Source: an uncultured archaeon
GTDB taxonomy: Archaea > Aenigmatarchaeota > Aenigmatarchaeia > CG10238-14
DNA length: 13,796 nucleotides
Reading direction: 5' to 3'
NCBI GenBank assembly: GCA_964392445.1
Contig: CAYMPD010000027.1
Coordinates: forward strand, 1-13,796
The translations under genes and the position numbers were made by a program. Below the pieces are notes generated by a model. The model was not told the origin of the DNA, made no database searches, and saw nothing but the letters and a program-made list of their open reading frames with translations. Below are positions 7,204-13,796 of the stretch, in pieces. Numbering within the stretch: the first letter of the stretch is position 1; every line of letters begins with the position of its first letter.

Positions 7204-8918
7204 CGTCTTTTCAATTTCCTTACTAGTCTAACATATTCGGGCTTAGTTAGTGATAAACTTATCATAAAGGTAATCACACTACTGATTGCGAAGTTTTGGT
7301 AATCCTGTATGAAAAATATCACTGTTAATCCTAGTAATAAAAGAAGGCCTACCTTCCAAACATTCTCAACCAATTTCTCATACTTTTTCCTGGATTTTCC
7401 CAATTTCTTATTTACCAAAACCAAATAAGTCCCACTTACAGCAAACCCGAACAAGAATCCGAATAATGTACACCTATCCACAACCAGTTGATTAGCAATA
7501 GCACCGAACGATATTACAACTATCAATAAAAGAGAAACCCATTTCATCCTAGACTTAATCACACCTTTAAACACAGTAAAACCTAAACAAATCATTAGAA
7601 GAATCACAGAGAAAACCTGAGAGGAAAGTACACCTAAAAACAATAAAACTTCTGTGGCTAAAACACCTAAAATCATTCCAGTAATTTCAACACTCTTTTT
7701 CCTTAAAAATCCATAGACACACAGACAGCAGATTAAACCTAAAGTAATGTAGATGGTTAAGTTAAGAAGATACCCGTTCTCTGGTTCAACTCTATTTTCT
7801 TCGACAATTTCAATTCCAGTCAATCTCCCACTTTTGAGATAGGTAGTTAAGGTCTCTAATTTCTCGGCAGCGGGCTCTCGTCTTTCTTCGACACCAAAGA
7901 CAATGAGCTGTTCCACTTCTACACCAGCATTAGAACTAAAAACAGGAAAACTGGTAATTATTTCACCATCAACCATAACAACTAATGGGTCTTGGAGATA
8001 GTTCTCACCTTGCGGATTCACAAAAGTAGGCTGGTCTTTGGTTATTTTGGCAAAACTTTCTCTAGCATTTTGTTGAATATCTACCATTAAAAGATATCTG
8101 TAAAAATTCTGAATTCTGGAAAGTTGAATATTTTGTTCTATATTTGAACTTTGAACATCTCTATCATCAAACACGTGAAACAGAAGGGTAGTAGAGTTCT
8201 CACTAACATTATAAACCCTCGCATTAATACCATCCAAACTAAATCCATCATCAACATCATAATCAGTACCTTCGATATTTACACTATTATTCTCAGTTGT
8301 CACATCATAAGTCTGCTCATTTAAAAAGAAAGTCCCAGTCCCGTTTTCAATCTCAATGTTTTTCATAAACTCAAAACTGACAATCCCAGGCTCAAGAACT
8401 TTTGTAATATCCTCCTCATCACTTGGGTCAAATTGAATACTAATCCTACTATCAGACACTTTTTCTATTTTAACATCACTTGATCCTACATCTCTCAACC
8501 TTGATTTTATTATTTCTAGGTCTTTTACTGTTTCATCGGTTTCAAGAACTAGTTCCTTTCCGCCTTCAATACCAACACCGAACTTTATCCCTCCTCTTTC
8601 AAAATCCCTCACTTTCACACCGATTGTTTGATTGTTACCTATAGTACAAACCCTCGGTCCATCATTAACTATTAGATTCACTCTTCCTTCTAAATCTTGA
8701 GAAATATCCTGAAAATCATCTGAATCCTCTATAAGCTCATTATTAATTCTGGTAATAACCGATCCTGGAACTAAAATTTCTTTACAAGGACTATTTTCCG
8801 AAACACTTGTTACAACCACTCCAGATTTTTTGATGACAAGAGGATAAACTAGAAAAACCAATGCTAGTAAGATTAAAACGCCGATAGAGATAAGCCTTAT
8901 TTGTTTTGACAGTTTCAT
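7200..8918 (-). CDS. Divergent SecD-like membrane protein with N-terminal PDZ-like domain
   Basis: TM1, PDZ-like GVVVTSVSENSP...GSVITRINN, IKFGVGIEGG (cf. LKLGLDLQGG), IIKSRLRDVG, VMVDGEIITSFPV, LKSGRL, and C-terminal FAISSVI...LTKPEY (cf. FAITT...ITRPAY). RBS GGTGG. Confidence 0.72.
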   Translation of the reverse strand: MKLSKQIRLISIGVLILLALVFLVYPLVIKKSGVVVTSVSENSPCKEILVPGSVITRINNELIEDSDDFQDISQDLEGRVNLIVNDGPRVCTIGNNQTIGVKVRDFERGGIKFGVGIEGGKELVLETDETVKDLEIIKSRLRDVGSSDVKIEKVSDSRISIQFDPSDEEDITKVLEPGIVSFEFMKNIEIENGTGTFFLNEQTYDVTTENNSVNIEGTDYDVDDGFSLDGINARVYNVSENSTTLLFHVFDDRDVQSSNIEQNIQLSRIQNFYRYLLMVDIQQNARESFAKITKDQPTFVNPQGENYLQDPLVVMVDGEIITSFPVFSSNAGVEVEQLIVFGVEERREPAAEKLETLTTYLKSGRLTGIEIVEENRVEPENGYLLNLTIYITLGLICCLCVYGFLRKKSVEITGMILGVLATEVLLFLGVLSSQVFSVILLMICLGFTVFKGVIKSRMKWVSLLLIVVISFGAIANQLVVDRCTLFGFLFGFAVSGTYLVLVNKKLGKSRKKYEKLVENVWKVGLLLLLGLTVIFFIQDYQNFAISSVITFMISLSLTKPEYVRLVRKLKRR

Positions 8919-9026
8919 TGTCCCACCAATAGTCCAATTGTTTATGTTTTGTAGATTTAACTTTATCGACGAAAGTCCCTTTGAACTGGGGATAAGTCAA
9001 CCATAATACGAAACTGGGATTTTTAT

Positions 9027-9074
9027 TGACATTAAAGCAAGAAAACTCCTGAATTTACTCAGGGGATGAATTGC
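9027..9074 (+). repeat. Left-end subterminal hairpin with adjacent TGAC cleavage/target motif
   Basis: CTCCTGA-ATTTAC-TCAGGGG (9046-9065), outer GCAA/TTGC pairing (9037-9040 with 9071-9074), CAAG at 9038-9041 and TGAC at 9027-9030. Confidence 0.65.
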
Positions 9075-9230
9075 GGTTATGAGAACTATTATTCCCACTA
9101 AATAAATACTATTAGAGCTCAATAAAAATTTTAAAAACTTCCCCCCCCTTTTAACATTTTATCTCCCATTCTAAACCTTCTTTCCAATCTTCATTCCAAC
9201 CTTACCCCTTCCTTACTTTAAATTAGACTC

Positions 9231-9310
9231 AGGGTTAAAAATATCTCATGAAGTAAAAAAATTATTATCCGGGTATATCTTGGATGACCGAGCCATGAGT
9301 GAAATGGCTT
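9231..9310 (+). promoter_or_regulatory. TATA-like box followed by two tandem hairpins upstream of tnpB
   Basis: AGGGTTAAAAATA at 9231-9243, ATCCGGG-TATAT-CTTGGAT at 9267-9285 and GAGCCAT-GAGTGAA-ATGGCTT at 9290-9310. Confidence 0.45.
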
Positions 9311-9334
9311 TAAACCTAACTGAGGAAATAAAAA

Positions 9335-10600
9335 ATGCAGCTCACTCAGCAAATAATAATAAACCCAACTAAAGAACAAGAAAAAGTTCTTTGGGATTTA
9401 TCAGAGAAATGTAGACTTATTTATAATTTTGCTTTGGAAGAAAGGAGAAATAATTGGAAGAAAAACAAAGATAAACCAAAAGATGATAGGGAATATATAC
9501 CTTACATTGACCAACAAAATAAATTACCAAAAACAAAGGAAAAATATCCTGAATACAAATGGGTTTATTCGAAAGTTTTACAAATGATTTTGAGGGAGTT
9601 AGATACCAATTTCAAATCATTCTTTGCTTTGAGGAAAAATGGGAATAGGGATGCTAATCCACCAAAATTTAGGGGTAAAAAATACTTCAAAACTATGTGT
9701 TATAATCAGAGTGGGTTCAAAGTAAAGAAAGGATTTGTTGAATTATCACATAAACATCCATCAAATATAGATTTGAAATTCAAAATTCCTAAGAAATTCG
9801 TTTTTGAGGAAGTATATCAAGTTTCAATTTATCAAAAAGATGATGATTTCTACATCTCAATAGTTTATGAAAAGGAAGAAAAGGAATATGTTGATAATGG
9901 GAAATATCAGGCCTTCGATTTAGGTATAGCTAAACATACAGGAGTGAATATATATGGTAAGTTTGTAGAATTTCATAATCCAAGACCTGACAAATATTGG
10001 CAATCAAAAATAGAAGAGGTTCAGAGTAAAAGAGATCATTGTAAGAGAAACAGTAGAAAATGGAAATGGTATGATAAAAAATTAAAGAAGATGAAAAAGA
10101 AGTGTGCTAATCAGATGAAAGATTGGCAACACAAAATTTCGAGAAAAATTATTGTTAACACAAAAGCCAATACAATCATTGTTGGTAAATTAGAGACTAA
10201 AAAGATGTCTCGAAATAATAAACATATTAAAGGTCTGAACAGAAGCCTACAAAACACAGGTACAATAAGTAGGTTCGTTGGATTTCTAACCTACAAGGCT
10301 AAACTTGAAGGTAAGAGAGTAATAGAAATCAGCGAAGTAAACACTACTAAAATGTGTTGTGTTTGTAGGAAGAAGGAGGATAGACCTTTACAGGAAAGAA
10401 CTATAAAATGTGATTGTGGAAATGAAATTGATAGGGATAAAAACTCTGCTGTCAATATAATGGAACGTTTCCTATCACAAGAATGCTCTGTGGAGGAGCA
10501 ATCTTCCTTTATGGAGGATTTTCTACGACACACAGTCAATGATAAAACGAGAGTTTCCCAAATTAGGTTCAGAGAACTCGTAGAAAACCACTTTCGATAG
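9335..10600 (+). CDS. tnpB: RNA-guided endonuclease TnpB with rearranged RuvC-II
   Basis: N-terminal HTH (PTKEQEKVLWDLSEKCRLIYNFAL), PPKFR, RuvC-I AFDLG (D195), IIVGKL (G284 at the usual Glu), ISEVNTT (E334), zinc finger CCVC...CDCG and RuvC-III DRDKNSAVNI (D368). Confidence 0.95.
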   Translation: MQLTQQIIINPTKEQEKVLWDLSEKCRLIYNFALEERRNNWKKNKDKPKDDREYIPYIDQQNKLPKTKEKYPEYKWVYSKVLQMILRELDTNFKSFFALRKNGNRDANPPKFRGKKYFKTMCYNQSGFKVKKGFVELSHKHPSNIDLKFKIPKKFVFEEVYQVSIYQKDDDFYISIVYEKEEKEYVDNGKYQAFDLGIAKHTGVNIYGKFVEFHNPRPDKYWQSKIEEVQSKRDHCKRNSRKWKWYDKKLKKMKKKCANQMKDWQHKISRKIIVNTKANTIIVGKLETKKMSRNNKHIKGLNRSLQNTGTISRFVGFLTYKAKLEGKRVIEISEVNTTKMCCVCRKKEDRPLQERTIKCDCGNEIDRDKNSAVNIMERFLSQECSVEEQSSFMEDFLRHTVNDKTRVSQIRFRELVENHFR

Positions 10601-10636
10601 ATTGTTGGTAGCCCACAAGTTTAAAGTTTGTAAATT
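10484..10636 (+). ncRNA. Putative omegaRNA (reRNA) overlapping the tnpB 3' end, with 3' guide in the flank
   Basis: Serial hairpins at 10484-10500, 10501-10519 and 10547-10581, RE-like segment 10583-10616, and guide ~10617-10636 AAGTTTAAAGTTTGTAAATT. The 5' and 3' ends are approximate. Confidence 0.6.
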
Positions 10637-10657
10637 TTAATAATATTCTTGAGAACT

Positions 10658-11680
10658 ATGTGGTTGTTGATATCAACTTTTGCTATTTCCCTGATAAGTT
10701 CATTGGTACTTACACATTTTTTGATATATTTTTTAAAAAGGAATAAAATAGTTGCCCGAGACCTGCATAAAAAAGAAAAACCGTTAGTTGCTAATAGTGG
10801 CGGATTACCCGTCTTCTTTGGTATGTTTTTCGGGTTGATGTTTTTTATTGGCATCCAAGTTTTCATTTTTGATGTATCAGGACAGTTGGTCTATCTCTTT
10901 GCTGCTATATTGACTATTTTTTTGATAACTTTAATCGGGTTCTTTGACGACTTGAATAATCGAGAAGTTTTGGAGGGTAAAAAGGAAATAAGGATTGGGC
11001 TGAAACAGTGGCAAAAACCCTTGATGACTTTACCTGCGGCCATTCCTCTGATGGTCGTTGAAGCGGGTTTTACTACAATGGCCATTCCTTTCCTTGGAAA
11101 CGTGGACCTTGGTTTTTTTTATCCACTGGTTTTACTCCCTTTAGGTGTTGTTGGTGCGGCGAATGCTATCAATCTTTTGGGTGGTTTTAATGGCTCTGAA
11201 GCAGGGATGGGGATAGTTTATTGCACCACTCTTGGTATTTATTCATTAATCCATAGTCAGATTGTTTCTGCAGCTATATTCTTTTCTTGTGTAGGGGCTT
11301 TGCTTGGCTTTTTAAAATATAATTGGGTTCCTGCTAAGATACTTTCTGGTGACAGCATCCAATATTTACTTGGTTCGGTTGTCGTCTCGGGGGTTATACT
11401 GGGTGATATGGAAAAAGCAGGGTTATTTTTGATGACACCATTTTTTATTGAATTTTTCTTGAAATTGAGGAGTAAATTAAAAGCTCATTGCATGGGTAAA
11501 CTGAGGAAGGATGGAAAGTTAGATACACCTTATGGGAAGAAAATATATTCTTGGACACATATAATTATGAATATAAGACCAATGAAAGAGGAGCATGTTA
11601 CTTTGGCTTTAATGTTGATGCAGGTTGGTTTTTCGGTAATATTTTGGGTTGTTTTCTATTTCTTTTTTAGAACTTTTTAG
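10658..11680 (+). CDS. Polyprenyl-phosphate GlcNAc-1-phosphate transferase (AglH/Alg7/MraY-WecA superfamily)
   Basis: RDLHKKEKPLVANSGG, IGFFDDL (DD motif), AANAINLLGGFNGSEAG and FLKYNWVPAKILSGDS; polytopic. ATG 10658 is preferred over the TTG at 10649. Confidence 0.88.
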   Translation: MWLLISTFAISLISSLVLTHFLIYFLKRNKIVARDLHKKEKPLVANSGGLPVFFGMFFGLMFFIGIQVFIFDVSGQLVYLFAAILTIFLITLIGFFDDLNNREVLEGKKEIRIGLKQWQKPLMTLPAAIPLMVVEAGFTTMAIPFLGNVDLGFFYPLVLLPLGVVGAANAINLLGGFNGSEAGMGIVYCTTLGIYSLIHSQIVSAAIFFSCVGALLGFLKYNWVPAKILSGDSIQYLLGSVVVSGVILGDMEKAGLFLMTPFFIEFFLKLRSKLKAHCMGKLRKDGKLDTPYGKKIYSWTHIIMNIRPMKEEHVTLALMLMQVGFSVIFWVVFYFFFRTF

Positions 11681-12491
11681 ATAATTTTTCTATTATTTTC
11701 AACCTTTTCTTTTCTAGTTCCATTAAGTTAAAGTTACAAAGAGAAGCGTATGTAAGTATCACATATTTGGAATCAACAAAATCACCGTGATAAAGGCTTT
11801 GAGTATATAGGAAAGACTTCAAGTCTGATGTTTCAGTTTTAGATACTATTTTAGATATTTTCTGTGGTTTTGTTATTTCTTTTGGTTGAAAATATTTTCT
11901 TTTAATCGAAAATCTGTTTAGAAAAGGAACATTTTCAAATCCAAATTTGTAACCTAAGAATTTATTTGCTAATCTAGGATAAGGGTAAGCTTTAACACCA
12001 TCAGTAATAGTAACATCATCTCCTAAGCATTCTCCATACTCCTCGATAGTTTCACTTTTTCCACTTCGATCCCATCCAGTTACTAAAACACATTTTTTTC
12101 CTTTAAGTGCGCAGGCGGAATGTATCATCAAAAGATTTTTTTGCAGAAGTTTGATTTGAATTATATTCTGGATTAACCTATCAACACCGAAAATTTTTTT
12201 GTACCATTTTGTGAATTTCACTTTTGTTTTACCATTTAAATCGTCAATCATTAATTTAACTGGTTTCAGGAATCCATACCATTTAATGTATTTCTTACCT
12301 TCAGAATACCCATATGGGGGACAAGTTTTAGGTATATTTATCATGATATCTTTAACCATCTCCACTGTTAGATCTGGTTTACATTTCTTGGTTTTGAAGC
12401 ATCTTGGTAACTCTTCTTCCGCCACTCCTATTTTATGATTAACTTCCTTTATTTTCAGTCCATATATGTTATAATAATTCGTTTTTCCCAT
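11667..12491 (-). CDS. HPr kinase-like P-loop protein of unknown substrate
   Basis: IHSAC (H124), Walker A GWDRSGKS (139-146), LGDD (D158, D159) and AYPYP, in the motif order of the HprK C-terminal fold. Confidence 0.65.
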   Translation of the reverse strand: MGKTNYYNIYGLKIKEVNHKIGVAEEELPRCFKTKKCKPDLTVEMVKDIMINIPKTCPPYGYSEGKKYIKWYGFLKPVKLMIDDLNGKTKVKFTKWYKKIFGVDRLIQNIIQIKLLQKNLLMIHSACALKGKKCVLVTGWDRSGKSETIEEYGECLGDDVTITDGVKAYPYPRLANKFLGYKFGFENVPFLNRFSIKRKYFQPKEITKPQKISKIVSKTETSDLKSFLYTQSLYHGDFVDSKYVILTYASLCNFNLMELEKKRLKIIEKLSKKF

Positions 12492-12583
12492 ATCTCCAGT
12501 CCCCTAATTTCTAAGACTATTTTATTTCTAAACCATTAATTATTATAGGTAATTTCTAATTCTTTAATCCCTAAAAGTAAAGT

Positions 12584-13030
12584 ATGAAGTTATGTTTAGC
12601 TGCTAGTGGGGGAGGACATTTGAAAGAGATGACTTTCTTGGAACCTCTATACAAGAAGTATGAACATTTTTTTGTTACATTTAAGAGACCTAATAGTATA
12701 ACTCTTGCAAAAAAAGAGAAAGTTTATTTTGTAGTAGACCCTATGAGAAATCCAATTAAGTTAGTAAAAAATATTATCCAATCGATTAAAATATTTTTCA
12801 AAGAAAGGCCAGATATAATAATATCAACTGGGGCAGGAGTTACAGTTCCAATTTGTTATCTAGGTAAGTTACTAGGTTCAAAAATAATCTTCATAGAAAG
12901 TTTTTGTAGAGTAGATAGCCCAGCATTTTCTGGGAGAATAGTTTATCCGATTGCTGATTTATTCATCGTTCAATGGAAAAAACTGCTTGAGTTTTATCCA
13001 AATGCGGTTTATGGAGGACCAATGATATGA
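12584..13030 (+). CDS. Alg14/PssD/CpsF-like glycosyltransferase acceptor-binding subunit
   Basis: MKLCLAASGGGHLKE, ERPDIIISTGAGVTVP, IFIESFCRVDSPAFSGRIVYPIADLFIVQW. Confidence 0.9.
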   Translation: MKLCLAASGGGHLKEMTFLEPLYKKYEHFFVTFKRPNSITLAKKEKVYFVVDPMRNPIKLVKNIIQSIKIFFKERPDIIISTGAGVTVPICYLGKLLGSKIIFIESFCRVDSPAFSGRIVYPIADLFIVQWKKLLEFYPNAVYGGPMI

Positions 13031-13512
13031 TATTTGTTACCGTAGGATCGAATACACATCAATTCAACAGATTACTTATAGCCATAGATCAGCTCATAGA
13101 AAATAAGATCATAAAAGAAAAAGTAATAGCCCAGAAAGGACATTCGGATTATGAACCTAAAAATTATCAATCATATAATTTCCTTGACTCTGAAGAGTGG
13201 GAGGAAAAAATTAAATGTTCCAATTTGGTTATTTCTCATTCGGGTGCTGGGTCCATTATGACCGTTCTAGAAAATAAAAAATCTCTAATAGTTGTCCCTA
13301 GATTAGAAAAATTTGGAGAACATGTTAACGATCATCAACTCGATATAGCTAAAGAGTTGGAAAAGGAGAGAAGGATATTAGTTGTTTATGAGATTAAAAA
13401 TTTGGGTAAGAAAATCCAAAAAGCTAAAAAGAATAAAAAATCAAAAGAACAATTAAAAAAGAGAAACGAAATAGTTGAAATTATAGACAATTATATTCAA
13501 AATTTGGAATGA
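13027..13512 (+). CDS. Alg13/PssE/CpsG-like glycosyltransferase catalytic subunit (GT28 C-terminal-like)
   Basis: MIFVTVGS...FNRLL, VISHSGAGSI and IVVPRLEKFGEHVNDHQLDIA. ATGA overlap with the upstream gene. Confidence 0.9.
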   Translation: MIFVTVGSNTHQFNRLLIAIDQLIENKIIKEKVIAQKGHSDYEPKNYQSYNFLDSEEWEEKIKCSNLVISHSGAGSIMTVLENKKSLIVVPRLEKFGEHVNDHQLDIAKELEKERRILVVYEIKNLGKKIQKAKKNKKSKEQLKKRNEIVEIIDNYIQNLE

Positions 13513-13515
13513 TTG

Positions 13516-13796
13516 GTGAATTTTATACCACAAAAATATATGTTGAGAGATTATATGAGAAAGCCTGGTGCTAAGGAGAAGAACACACAGGAAGATTGCA
13601 GATTCTGCGAAATTATAAGGAAAAAAGAGGATATGGTTTTTGAAAATGATAATGTCTATGTCATGATAAACCAAAGTCCCTACAAGGAAGGACATATATT
13701 GGTATTGCCTAAGAAACACGTTGTCGACCCGAGAGAATTAAATGAAAGGCTTCTTAAAAAACTTTATGAAACAATTAATTTTATGTTGGATGTTCT
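13516..13796 (+). CDS. HIT-family nucleotide hydrolase/transferase, 3'-truncated by the window edge
   Basis: In-frame CRFCEII...VFENDNVYVMINQSPYKEGHILVLPKKHV. The HxHxH motif would lie beyond the window. Start could be TTG 13513, GTG 13516 or ATG 13540. Not in the supplied ORF track. Confidence 0.82.
   Translation, partial: MNFIPQKYMLRDYMRKPGAKEKNTQEDCRFCEIIRKKEDMVFENDNVYVMINQSPYKEGHILVLPKKHVVDPRELNERLLKKLYETINFMLDV

Larger units (their letters stand above)
9031..10616 (+). mobile_element. IS200/IS605-family element, tnpB only (IS1341-like, non-autonomous)
   Basis: Left-end hairpin at 9037-9074 after TGAC, tnpB ORF, and a right-end-like GAAAACCAC...GGTAGCCCAC ending at 10616. No tnpA found. 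Boundaries are inferred. Confidence 0.7.

Noticed and set aside
8905-8920. TTGACAGTTT near the secD-like start resembling TAM plus guide
   Set aside because: Needs a gap directly after the TAM and then diverges; not a credible target.
9075-9334. tnpA (Y1) or serine-recombinase remnant
   Set aside because: No HUH, catalytic Tyr or resolvase-like translation found in the frames I read on either strand.
9335-10600. Nuclease-dead TnpB (TldR-like) or Cas12f with a CRISPR array
   Set aside because: The missing RuvC-II Glu is plausibly replaced by E334, and no direct-repeat/spacer array is visible in the window.
13507-13520. Stop-codon readthrough fusing the Alg13-like and HIT genes (same frame, single TGA)
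   Set aside because: Start codons (TTG, GTG) follow the stop directly, consistent with ordinary translational coupling; no SECIS-like or other recoding signal seen.
8791-13719. Short ORFs 8791-9000, 10291-10539, 10621-10866, 10891-11085, 12199-12438 and 13453-13719
   Set aside because: They overlap stronger genes in alternative frames or strands and carry no motifs.

Overview
AT-rich archaeal chromosomal window. The archaeal call rests on NAC, an AglH/GPT-type transferase, UPF0175, an archaeal ACT-domain protein, GGTGA-type ribosome-binding sites and TATA boxes; a DPANN-like lineage is an inference. Gene order: glmS (+); argS (-); a decayed ~1.6 kb patch (frameshifted small ORF, orphan UPF0175 antitoxin-like gene, doubly frameshifted ACT-domain gene); TctA-family permease (-); nac (+); a divergent PDZ-containing SecD-like protein (-); a tnpA-less IS200/IS605 (IS1341-type) element; then a glycosylation cluster (AglH/Alg7-like transferase, HprK-like P-loop kinase, split Alg14/Alg13-like pair) and a truncated HIT gene. 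The best leads are: (1) the TnpB has a rearranged, Fanzor-like RuvC site, a predictable TGAC target motif, an omegaRNA whose pseudoknot looks retained while the right-end DNA hairpin looks decayed, and a structured 5' leader; (2) a long bulged hairpin plus U-tract upstream of glmS, a candidate archaeal attenuator or sRNA; (3) a SecD homologue lacking the proton-conducting Asp; (4) a kinase embedded in a chitobiose-type glycosylation locus. No tRNA, rRNA or CRISPR array was recognised. All alignments and folds were done by eye.
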